A stretch of 64,000 bases of DNA, from the NCBI GenBank assembly GCA_016748015.1, contig JAAOMT010000226.1, positions 186,001-250,000 of the forward strand, in the 5' to 3' direction. Source of the DNA: Geosiphon pyriformis uo1 (Eukaryota; Fungi; Glomeromycota). The position numbers and the translations under genes were made by a program. Shown here in pieces: positions 13,461 to 26,019 of this stretch. The notes under the pieces are model-generated. The model was not told the DNA's origin. It searched no databases and was given only the letters and a program-made list of their open reading frames with translations. Numbering within the stretch: the stretch's first letter is position 1; each line of letters begins with the position of its first letter.

Positions 13461-14883
13461 TTTAATTTAATATCTAAATTGTTTATTAATTTTTAATTAA
13501 ATAATTTAAAATTTGTTTTTTAACAATTTATTTATTAAATATGATTATAATTAATTTTTTTATTTAATTATTATATAGTGTATAAATATATATTATATAT
13601 ATTTATAGTGGTTAATTAATATATAATTTATTGTATAATCTATATTTAATTAATAATAATTAAGTTATTTATAAATAATTATACTTTTAGTAAAATAAAT
13701 ATATATTATTTATTTAAAAATTTATTTCAGAAAATTTATTAATTTAATTATAAATTTATTTAATTAATTTATAATCAATATATTTATTTAATATATTTCT
13801 ATTTAAATATTAATTTTTATATAAATTATTTATTTCTAAAAATAGATTTTCTAAATATAAATCAAATATAATATACTTAATTTATTTTAAATAACAAATT
13901 ATAATAATACAACAAATGCAAAAATCAATATTAGTTTTTATTAATAATTTTAAAAACTAATACTTTTTTTATTATTAAAATTTAATTGTATAAATACAAT
14001 CTGAATTTTTTATTTATTAATTTTACAAGTCAATAATAATATAAAAATAAGTAACTAATTAAACATAAAAAGTATATATATTGTATTTATAGATAAAATT
14101 ATAATTATTTAATAATTAAAAAAACGTATTTTATTAAATCTTTATTATTATATATTATTAATCTCTTATATTTTATAAAAAAAGCAATTACTATTTTTTT
14201 AAATATATTATTAATTAAGAAATTTTTAGTTGTAAAACAACTAAATAAAGCATTATAAAAAATTTTTCTTGAATATTTTTAAAATAAAATTGTTTTTATT
14301 TATTTTAAATCCACTTTTTTTGTTTTTGGTTAAAAGTTTTTATTACTTTTAATATTGGTTTTATTTTTTTAAAAACTTCAACTTTTTAATAACCAAATTA
14401 TTGTTTTTTTCAAAAACACTATAGATGTAAAATTTTAAGGGTAAGTTTCAAAACTTGGTCATTGATAAAGTGTTCAACTTTGTGTTACATGTGAAAATGT
14501 TTCGGGCAAATATGAAGGTCAAATAGTACTTTTTGAAATGGATATGATGCAAACCATTTATAGTCATCAAACAATTTATATAATTTTAAATTGTATCTAG
14601 TCTTCCAATTTTAATAATATTAAAAAACTAAACCGTAAATATGATAGATTAAGTTCTTCTCTTTCACATTTACGGTTTAATTTTTTGAATTATATTATAA
14701 TTTATAAAGTTATTAAAGTTTAAAATTAGCCACTTTTATTATTAATCTTTAATTTTCGGATGCCGATCAATCAGATTTTAGCCAATCAGCAATCATTAAA
14801 GTCACGTTACCACGTGATAAATCATCGAAGTATTATCATTTTCAGAAAGGCTTTCAATTAATATTAATCTAATCTTTAGATGG

Positions 14884-15567
14884 TCACTTTTTTATAAAGA
14901 TATAATATCTCTCGGCCTGCGTGTCTTCTGCTGGTGACACGGCACCATTAACCATGAATATTCCATTCACACCACCACCATATTCGGTTGTCATTATTGG
15001 AACAGAAACCCAGATATCAATATTGTTCACACCAGGCGTCAAAGAAATCGTAAAAGTACTATGAGCGATTGTCGGAGAATTTGGGAATGTCATTTGCGCT
15101 CTATTTGTAACCTTGCGTTATTATAATGTGGATACTTACTTTGAATTCACAAATAACCTTTCAATGACTATAATGTTGCGTTTCAAAGAATTGCTTGGAT
15201 CTAAGAGATATACGAAATCCCCTGTAATAAAGATTTCTGGTTAAATTTAATATTTGAATGATGAATTATACCAAAGAGAAATATAACGACTAAAATACCT
15301 ATCGTGTATTCGACCGAATCATGATCTAGTTTTAAAATTGGTTTCCTAGGTTGTAAAAGGAATTTCGATTGTTGAATATTTCAACAACTTATTAGAATGT
15401 GATATATAATAGCTTATCACAATAATCAAGAAACTTACATCAGTTGGTGTTAATTTAGGGGAATCAGATTGGAATTGAAAGATCTTTGGCTTTACCTTGA
15501 TTGAAAAAACTGAAGTTGTCTTAAAGCCCATAACCTTGAATAGCTCTTTTATGTTAGTGTTGTACAT
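14884..15567 (-). pseudogene. Spliced gene fragment resembling pieces of an RSC/polybromo-type chromatin protein (start of a BAH domain plus C-terminal Ig-like segment)
   Basis: GT-AG spliced exons give KPILKLDHDSVEYTI-EIFITGDFVYLLDPSNSLKRNIIVIERLF, resembling the BAH N-terminal GDxVY...I.RLW pattern. Last segment: TISLTPGVNNIDIWV...ERYYIFIKK*. Exon phases do not join into one ORF. CpG is retained. Confidence 0.4.
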
Positions 15568-16379
15568 TTTCTAACGAGTTCGTTTTTATGCAAAAAATGT
15601 ATGAAACGTATTAGTTCAAGTAGATAAAACCCAGATTTTTTTGTAAAAGCCTAATAAATTTCTTACTTATAAATAATATATTAAAAACACATGTATATTA
15701 ACCAATAAAATTTAATTATATAAATAAAAACACATGAAGATCATCATTTAAAATTTCGGACTGATCTACATTTTTGATGATTATAAATGGTTTGCACCAT
15801 AGGTCAAGTTTTTAGCATTGAGATTTCCTACATCATATCGGAGTTGTAACGAAGCGTGGGAAAATTCAGTGATACTGAAAATAAACAACCAATAGGATGG
15901 TTTGAGAAGTCTCTTAATAAAGAATTATTGAGCGAGTTTCAAAGGTCCATTGGGTAACTTTTTATGGAAATTTTTAAACCGTTAGTTCATGATGATCATC
16001 TTGACAATGACTTAGGGTAATGCTAACGTTTCACGGAATAAGCACATTCACATGAAACGCGGCCAGCACAAACCTGAATGTAACTTTCCCGGGATCGTGA
16101 TCTTTGATTTTATTTAAAATTAAAACTCCGTGTCGATTTGGCATTGGGCAGAATCTCTTTACCTTTGGCTAAACAAAGAAATCGAGGATCAATGATGATA
16201 GAAGACAATTGTGCGACGCGAGGGACGGCAACTTTCTAAAAATTACTAGCGTATTAAACAAAGCTCAAATTGGGTTATGACTTCATGTTTCAAAACACTT
16301 TTTACAATTGTTAATGACATATAAATTAGCTAAAGCTTGAAGAATTCACATAGAAAATTGTTTAGAAATTCCTTTGAAC

Positions 16380-19300
16380 ATGTCGGAGCAGCACGGTGAA
16401 AATAAAAAAGTGGAGCACGTTAGTCTTGAACAAGTTCAAGAAAAAATTGAAAATAGTCTTTCTAATTCGAATGTTAATGTACATAATTTCGCACCAGATG
16501 CTTCCCCGGAGGAAAAGGCACAACAAGTTGCCGCTCAAACTTCAAAAAGCCTTGCCAACTTTGACTCTCCTTCGGCACCCAAAGCAGTTCCCACAGACAT
16601 TGATGCTAGTACACATATTATTCTAGACTCCATACAGCTTCCTGGAAGCATAGGAATTTCTTCTGCAGCCGAGGTACCTACTTGGGCTCGAATTGGTTGG
16701 GAAAGAGTCTTACACCAAGAAGAAACCTCGGAACTAGAATATTTTGACCAAATATTAAGTGAAATGTATTTTGGACAACTATGGCTTAATGCTTCGGTGG
16801 TCTTTGTGGCAATTTTTACTACATGGCTAGTGACTGTTCTTGGTTTTGGGCTCGGTTGGATACTAATTATTGCTGCTTTTGTTGGTAAGTTTCTTTCAAT
16901 TAAATGTGATAATCAGAAGCAGTACTCAAAATTGGACTTTCATCAAATGAATTTTTTGATATTTCTTGATTTTTCCCTTCCTAAAATTGATCCTTGACAA
17001 AATTAGCTACATATTTCAAAAATTCGGTTAAACGATTTCATAGAAATGCTCGCAGTGACATTAAGCGCGAACTTTCAAAAGAACGCCTTGAAACTGATGA
17101 GGAGTCAACAGAATGGCTCAATGAATTTATGCGTAGATTTTGGCTCATTTATGAGCCAGTGTTATCAGCATCTATTGTTCAGTCCGTTGATGCGGTACTG
17201 GCAGCATCAACCCCTTCATTTTTAGATTCTATCCGATTGTCAACCTTTACTCTTGGCACAAAGTCCCCATACATCGAATCAGTAAAGTCTTATCCTAAAA
17301 CTGATGATGATATAGTGGTAATGTTTCTTTTGGAGCTTATAGGCTTTAAGCGTGATTTAAATGTCTGAATTATCGTTGAGTGAATCATCAAATAACCCTC
17401 TATCATTTAAAGGTCATGGATTGGAAATTGGCTTTTGAACCAAATGATTTGGCAAACATGACTAGACAACAAATCAAAAACAAAGTCAACCCCAAAATTG
17501 TTCTTGCCATCCGTCTGGGTCGAGGAATTGTTGGGGCCGATGTGCCTATTTTATTGGAAGATATTTCATTTTCTGGAAAGATTCAAATCAAATTGAAGTT
17601 GATGAATGTTTATCCACATGTTCAGACGGTGTGGTTGAGTTTTTTGGAAGAGCCCAAAATCGATTTTATTTTGAAACCGATTGGTGGCGACTTTGGTTTT
17701 GATATTGCGAATGTAAGATTGATTTAATAAAACAAATTTTTTAGTTGATGTTAGATTCGTTATATCATAACTTTTTACCCCTTTATTTCCTGTATTAGAT
17801 GCCAGGATTATCCAATTTTATACACGAACAAGTTCACGGATCCTTGCGACCAATGATGTATGCACCCAATTCGTATGAATTAAATATGGAATATATGTTG
17901 AGTGGTGTTCCACTTGGTATGTTTGATTTGCAAACTTTTTTATTTGTTTTCCAATTAATCAATAATAACCAATATTTCGATTAACCCGTACAAGATGCGG
18001 CTATAGGTGTTCTCAAAATCACAATTTATAATGCCAAAGGCTTGAAAAATGTAGAAAAGTTTGGAACCCCAGATCCATATATAAAATTGTTATTAAATGG
18101 GCGACCAGAAATCACGCGTACAAAAGTCATACAGGATTCATTAAATCCTCACTGGAATGAAACACATAACATTGTTTTGACGAATTTACAAGAAAATTTG
18201 AACTTGCAATTATGGGATAAAAATGCCACCAAAGACAAATCATTAGGAATGGCAACCTTCGAATGTATTGCATTGAAAGAGCAGCCGTCACAAGAGCAAG
18301 TGTACGTGTATCTGATAAATTCTTCATACGATCTTCTCATATAATTACAAATTAATTACAATTGGATATAGTGTTGCCCCTATTATTCTTGATGGCAAAG
18401 AACACGGTACACTTCGGTTTGACGCAATGTGGTACCCTGTTGCACCACAAGGACCTGAAGATCCAGTAGTTGAATCCAGTATGTAATCTTGAGTCAATCA
18501 TTGAAATTTAATATCAAAGATGTCTTTTCAATTGATATTGATTTTATTTCAGATAGTGGGATTTTACGTTTGACTATCCATCAAGCCAAAGATCTTGATG
18601 CAAAACATTCACTTGTTGGGCAGTATAATCCTTACGCTGAGTTAAATTACAACGGTGCCAACATTTTAACTACCAAAATAAAAAAGAGAACAAATAATCC
18701 CGTTTGGGAGGTAAATTGTATTCTTCATTATATTTCATCAAACACTCTTTACAATATATAGGTATATCAAACCCAAAATGATTTTACTAGGAATTCAAAG
18801 AAATCTTTGTCACCGATAAATCTGCTGGAAATTTATTAGTACAAGTAAAGGATTCTCGTGATTTTGCTGAAGACCCTGTGGTTGCTATATGGAAGAGCAA
18901 TTTGCCTGATTTCATAAAAGCTCTGGAAAAGAATGACTGGTTTAATGTCGTTAATGCCGCCAGCGGTAAACTAAGATTAAGTTGTCAATGGAGACCCATA
19001 TTATTGGATTATACTCCTTCCCACACTGGCTATGGTAATACTCCTGAATTTTTTGTATTTTAATGCTACGACAATAAACACTTTATTTTATGTGCATTGA
19101 TATTTTTACTATATTATTATAGCGGAGCCAATTGGTGTAATTAAACTTACAATCAAGAAAGCAACTGATTTGAAAAATGCAGATAAATTAGGTATTTCTT
19201 GATTTTATTGATTGATTTTTTTAATTTGCCATTGTACTTGAAGCTAAAGTTTTTGTTGTGGATTACAGGAAAATCAGATCCATATGCACGTGTTTGTTTG

Positions 19301-22271
19301 GGACCTCAAATTCGTGGCCGAACCGAGGTCCAATCAAATAATTTAAATCCTGTCTGGAATTCTATTCACTATGTTCCCGTACACAGTCTTAAAGAAATCC
19401 TCACCATCGAAATATTTGACTATGATAACGCAGGCAAACACAAATTGCTTGGGCACACCGATTTGCTAGTAAATAAATTGGTTAAGAAAAAGGATGATAA
19501 AACTTATGAAGCAATCGAAAATATCGATACGTAAGGATACAAATTTTCAATTATCTATGAATATTGTACACTACCTTAATTAATTATTTATTTTTTCTCA
19601 ACTGTATTATTTTTCCAGTAATGCTGTGTTGACAGTTGGCCGTGATCAAAGAGGTAAAATTTATTACTCGGCTGTTTTCTATCCTTCGCTTGTTGCAAAG
19701 AAGGAAGAAGAAAAAATAAGTAAGGAGGGTGACAAAACAACGAATACTTCAGTGGCAAAGCAGGAGGGTATCGATGTCTTGAATTATCGTAAGTTCCTTA
19801 GTCTTTAACAATAAGATTTAGTCTTTTTTAAAAATCCAATCAAAAAATAAGATGGCTAACATATTATCGATAATTTGACCTAAATCTAGAATCTGGAATA
19901 TTAGTGATAAACATTAATAAAGCCACGATCGAAAAGAAAAACATTTATGCTCAACTTCTAGTGGACGATATGGTCTATCCTTTCTTCAAAACTGCTAGCG
20001 CAAAGGAAAATAATCCTACGATCCACGAAGGTGATTATCATTCACAATCACTCAATATTTATTTTTTATCGAAAATTTTAATTAAATTCTACCTGTTTCA
20101 AACAATCAGCTACTGATGTTTTCATTAAGGAACTTGATTTCTCGAAATTAACGATAAATATTAAACAGGAGGATAGGAAAGAACCACTTGGAACAATCAC
20201 CACTGGAGTTAAAAATTTATTAAGGGCACCTAAAGGAGATGGCATCTGGTTACCTCTTGATGATAACCCTGAGGCTAAACTCAATGTGGACGTTCACTAT
20301 ATACCAACACCAGCTAAAATAGAAGCTTTTGAATCGATCAATGGTAAAGTTTCACATTTTTATATCTATTTCTATTTCTGTCCTTAGAATTTAATTCAAA
20401 TTCGTTTCTCAAACAGACATGGGGAAATTGCAAGTGACTCTTAAAGACGCCAAGAATTTGCCTGCCGCTGATCGATCGGGTAAGTGATAAGGTTCCTTGG
20501 GAAATTTTATTTTTCCAATAAATGCTATGTATGAACTAATGGGCTGCATTTTTTTGTTTTCTTTAAACTAGGTACTAGCGATCCTTATATAACATTTAGT
20601 TTGAATGGCAACTTGGTCTTCAAATCCAAAACTGTAAAAAAAGATCTCAATCCTACATTTGATGAAAGTTTTGAATTTATAGTGGTACATTTTTGATTCA
20701 CCTGACTTACTGCAATATTATTTTGTCGCTTGCATAAATTGTTTTCTAATATTCGAAAAATATTTTAGCCATCTCGTACAGCTTCAAAGTTCACTTTTGA
20801 AGTATTCGACTGGAATCAAATGAGTAGTCATTCAAAACTGGGAGATGGCACTATTGATCTTAGTTCACTTGAACCAAATGAGAGATTCCAACAAAGCTAC
20901 CCTTTGTCTAATGGGAAAGGTAGTATCCAAGTATTCTTGCTTTTCCGGCCCGACTTTGTTACTCGTCTGGGGAAAAAAAACAGTTCAACGTTCAGTAGCG
21001 CCACTAGGGCCTTGACCAATATTGGAAGTAGTACCGTCACTGGTGTTGGTGAAAATATTATGAAAACAGGAGCGGGAGTAGCTGGTGTTGTTGGTGGTGG
21101 AGCAAATCTTGTTGGGGCTGGAGTAGTTGGTGGAGCAAATCTTGTTGGGGCTGGAGCAAGTCTTGTTGGGTCTGGATTTGGATTTTTAGGCGGCAAGGGC
21201 AGCAAAAAAACAAATGAATCAACACCTATAGATCCCCCAGTGCTTGAGACCTCAAAGGTCACACCTTATTCACTCAACTCCGCTAAACAAGAGTCACCCT
21301 CACAGACACTCTATCAATCTCCTAATACGGACACGACGGAAGTGAAGCGCCAAGTTGTAACACCTGTTGAAGAAAAAGAAAATGGTAACTATGAACACAA
21401 TTTTTCTAGTTAATTCAATTGGGGTCTGAATGACAGTACAGCCTCGTTTTAAAATTAATTTATTTCTCTATAACCAGGTATAAAAAAGGAACAACCTGCC
21501 GGTATGTATATACATAAATCTTTATAAACTTTTGCCAACTTTCTTGACTTATTGTATTGTAATTTGAGAAGATATTATCTGAGTTCCCCTATATTTGGTA
21601 ACTCTCGTCGTCTCTTCGTAGCCAACACAGAACCCATTAGTGAACAAGGAACATTAACTGTACATATAATCGAAGCCAAAGGATTGAAAGCCACAGATCG
21701 TGGTGGTAAGATAAAAATATTAGTTTCAAAAATCAATTTTACAATAGCAAATAATTCTTTAATTTCATATATGATCTTTCTTTCTAGGTACTAGTGATCC
21801 ATTCGTCAAGGTTTTTTGGGGCAAAAAGGAAATGCATAAAACGCAAACCGTGAAGAAGACGATTTCCCCATCATGGTAAATATTTTCAGACAATATCTCT
21901 TTCTCCCCCCCCCCCCATATCATTCTCATTTAAATATCAAAAATCTTTACTTACAAAGGAAAGAAACATTTACGATACCAAATCTCAATGGTGACCAAGT
22001 GCTGCTAAAATTCCAAATCAAAGATCATAATCGATTGGGAACCAATCCCGAATTGGGTGATGTTGATATTAGAGTCTGGGATCACATCAATTCCGGCAAC
22101 TATAATGCTGATATTTGGCAAAAAGTGAATGGAGGAGGAGAACTTCATCTACAATTGGAATTCTCACCAGGTAGTGATCGAAATTCCAGTGATGGCTCTG
22201 GTACTGAGGGATCTACCAAGGGCCTGAAAGGTCTAAGAGGATTGAAGGGAACTTTTCGAAGTAAAGCCTGA
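16380..22271 (+). CDS. TCB: Tricalbin / extended-synaptotagmin ER-plasma-membrane tether (TM hairpin, SMP domain, six C2 domains), ~20 exons
   Basis: ATG 16380, TGA 22269-22271. Hydrophobic hairpin (WLNASVVFVAIFTTWLV...GWILII) and SMP signature ESTEWLNEFMRRFWLIYEPVLS. C2 motifs GTPDPY, GKSDPY, ADRSGTSDPY, TDRGGTSDPF. GT-AG introns, e.g. 16885-17006, 17318-17412, 17713-17798, 17917-17994. Exon starts approx 16380, 17007, 17413, 17799, 17995, 18372, 18553, 18791, 19123, 19270, 19619, 19890, 20110, 20417, 20572, 20769, 21478, 21622/21631, 21788, 21959. Confidence 0.96.
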
Positions 22272-23325
22272 GATGGGGCGAAGGGAGCGAAGAAACGAAG
22301 AAGGTGAATAAAATCAAAATTACTTCGTAGGAAGAGAAGGATTAATTTCTTTATTTCGAGTTTTACTGATTGTATTTATTTAATTTTAAATAGTTGGCTA
22401 ATGTTTTAGTGTTTTACCTGTCACGGATTATTCTCTCCCTTCATAAATCAATGATAATTTCTGTTCAAAATCATCTTATATAATCTCTTTCCCATTCTAT
22501 CCATTTTATACTTAGTCCTATGTTTGACTATCATACCTACCTGTGCCAACGAACATTTCATCAAGACTCGGTGTCCAAGCGAAATAATTGCTTGTGTGAA
22601 AAATTTATTTTTAGTATGATTATATTTCACGTGAAAACCCCAAATATATGTGCACAATCCCTCGCCTAAAAATTGTAACTAATATATAATACACATTACA
22701 TTAGAAGAATTCACTCTTATTTCAAAAATTTTATTCGTCTATTTCTGTTGTAAAAAAAATTTCTTTTTAATTTATTATTATTATTATTATTATTATTTTT
22801 ATCGTTTAACAAAGATCAACGAATCTTCAAAGTATAAAGGTTTCGTTTTCGAGATATTGTCTACCTGTAATGACTAAAGTAGTGGATTGAGTCATATGAT
22901 TTCAAATCATACAATTGGCTGGATCAAATCATGATGATAACAATAAATCATACTTTTTATTATTATGATAAAATAAATCATACTTTTAAAATATTAAAGA
23001 TGCAATAAATGTTGTAGTTATATTAGCTCATCTTTATTTTCAATTGTCTAATACTTTGTTCTGTACTTTTTTTATAATCTTATTAACTTGTAATTCTTGT
23101 AATTGATCCAAAAATTCTAATACTTTATGATATTATATATTTTCAATCTTAATATTAATTTAACACCAAAAAAATGCCAATAAATAATGTGTTAACAAAA
23201 AAGCAAATAACAAAAAATATATGCAATAATATTTGGATGTTATTTTTGCATTTATAGCCATTTTTTTATTTGTAATATGTTTTTTGTTTTTTTTGGCTTT
23301 TAAAAATAATTTGACAATAAATATA

Positions 23326-24316
23326 GAGAATTGCTAAATCGACCCACTCGCAACACGTGATATCATTTTACGTCATAGTTTCGTATTCAACTATAAATAG
23401 GAACATATTAACGAATATTATGGTTGTCCAAATATTATGGCCTTTATTTTTACAAATTTTACATTTACATACTTGAATTTGAGAAGAAACATTTTCAACA
23501 ATTTCAAATTGGGATAAATTTCGTTGAATAGATGATTCTTGATGAGCAATATTTTGTTTAGAGCGATTTAAAACACTTAAAGGACGTCCTCGAGTTCGTT
23601 GATTAAAAGGATTTTCAATTGCAAGAGATGTGGTTGAAATCTGAATTAATTGAGTCTATTTTTCAAAGATGTGCCTGTTCATTATAAATAGTCTTTGAAA
23701 TTGCATGTTGTTTAAGATCTTCCTGTCATAATGCTGTTAAAATTGTCTTTGGTGCAATGCCTGCACTTAAAATTTGTGAAACTAATACTTTTTGTTTGGA
23801 TTTAAGTCGTCAAGCAGTAGGATGTTAAGCAATATTATCAGATGGTTCATGATTATGTTCAGCATTGCAAACTGTTAAATGCCAGCGTTCATCAGCTTTG
23901 AGTAATCGTAAAAGGGCAGTTTGTTAATCGAGTTGCTGTTTTTCGTTGTTGATCTTCTAATAAAAGTTTTTTAGAAGCATTATATTCATTTCCCCGATCA
24001 CATTTGAAGGTAATACGAGTACCATTAGCAGCAGAGCGTCGTTTTGTAACTACATATCCTTGGGAGTATCTAAAGGTGTTAAGATTTTGTATCATCATCT
24101 CACAAGAGCTATATGATGTTTCTGATGGTGGTAACATCATATGAATTTAATCTGTAATTTTATAAAAAGATGTAATTACTTGTAAAATCAAAAAGAAAAC
24201 TTATTAAGTTTATTCTAGAGCTCTTTGATTATAAACTCGTTAATATGTTTCTATATATAGTTGAATACGAAACTATGACGTAAAATGATATGAGGTGGGT
24301 CGATTTAGCAATTCTC
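23326..24316 (-). mobile_element. Non-autonomous Mutator-like (MULE) DNA transposon, 991 bp
   Basis: TIRs of ~80-90 bp (23326-23414 / 24237-24316) with GAGAATTGCTAAATCGACCCAC termini. 8-bp TSD TAAATATA (23318-23325, 24317-24324). Internal FAR1/WRKY-like transposase N-terminus (GYVVTKRRS..FKCDRG..TRLTNCPF..W.LTV.NAEHNH). No DDE core. Confidence 0.9.
23560..24140 (-). pseudogene. Truncated MULE transposase (FAR1-type DNA-binding zinc finger plus C-terminal RGRP remnant)
   Basis: ORF 23892..24140, continuing through a stop to HNH; RTRGRP at ~23590. Confidence 0.75.
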
Positions 24317-26019
24317 TAAATATAATTGTTAAATTTACTTGAAAAATTAAAAACAATTAAAAAATCATTTAAAAATATTTTTTTACTTCCGTTTTTGCTC
24401 CAATATTTTAAATAACTGTGTTTTTTACATTTATATTCAAGATTTTAATAAATAATTGATTAATAAACTTTTTATTAATATTAAAATTATTGGTTTAAGT
24501 AATTTAAAAACTTAATAATTTTAAAAATCCAAATAGAAATCTTATTTTAATTAAATCTAATAGTATTTTATAATTAAAAACAAGTTTTTAGTTATTTTTT
24601 TTAATTTAAAATATCATTTAAATCCTAATAATTTAAAAGTTTAAAATATATAAATTTTTTTATTATGATAAATTCAAAAATTTTACAAATAATTATAATT
24701 TACATATTTTTTACATGTAATTATTTATCTAAATTGGTCTAAGTTAAATTAAATTAAATTTATAAAAGTAAATATATATAAAACAGCTATTTTATGCATA
24801 ATTATAATCATATTATTATTATTAAAAACCAGGCCAATTATATAACAGGTTTATTTATGTTATATTTTATTTTAAGACTAATTACTTTTTTTAAATTTAC
24901 AATAATTTTTTCAAAAATTTTTTTCTTAACTTTAACATATAAAAAAACCACTTATTAATCTAATTGACCAAAATAATTAAAACACTGATAAACTTAATAA
25001 TAGACTTGATTAACAAAAAAAACTTGGTCAAATTAAATTTCAAAAAACCAATTTGAAATTAATCACAAAATTAATATTAACAATAAAATAAAGTTTCAAA
25101 AAAATCGAATCAACTCTTTTTAACTTAATATTTAATTTGTAAAAGTTGAATTTAAGCTATAAATATTTAAACTTAAAATTAATATAATTTAAAATTTTAT
25201 AACTTAACTTAATTTATTGAGTTTTATATATAAGTAGATTAAATCTTAATTTAGCTCTTTTTAACTTAAAAAATAACAGATTTTTAATTATTATTATTTT
25301 TATAAGTTAAGAATAAAAATTTTACCAATAAAATTTTTATATATAATAAATAATATGTCAAGTTAAATTATAGATTAATTAAACTTGATTTGATTTTTTA
25401 AAATAAAATTTTTTCAAGTTCAATCTAAGTTAGATTAAAACTTAATTTAATTTAATTTGTTAAAAGTTTTATAATAAAAAAAGCCAAAAAAGCAACAACT
25501 TTTACATATAATATTATATTAATAAAATAACTAATTATAAATTTTGTTAAAGTTTTAAAATAAAAATTTTTTACCAAATAATTTTGAATTTTAGTATTTA
25601 AAACAATATTAATAATTAATAATTTTATCAAATACAATTTTTTTTTAAAGTACTAGTTTTGATAATTAAATTTTTTTAAGTTAGATTAAAAACCAAAAGT
25701 AATATTTCAATTATTAAAAAACCAAAAAATAAAACAAGTATAATTACAAATTTAAAAAACCAATTAATTAATTTTAAAAACAATACAGCCAAAAAAAATT
25801 TATTAACTTAATATCAAATATATTTTTAAAATAATAAGTTCTTTTAATTTAAAAAAAAGCTGTATTTAAAAATACATATAATTTAAAATAAATAATATTA
25901 TATTGTTATTAAATAACAAACTTTAATTTAATATTATTATTAAAATAAAAAAACTTATCAATTATAAAAAAACATAATTAACATATAATAATATATAAAA
26001 ATATAAATAATATATAAGT

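Noticed and set aside
20897-21262. Pro/Thr-rich antisense ORF of 121 aa
   Set aside because: Shadow of the Gly-rich tricalbin exon.
24900-25460. Recurrent aactt/aagtt motifs as a decayed MITE
   Set aside because: Plausible, but no termini or TSD can be defined by eye.
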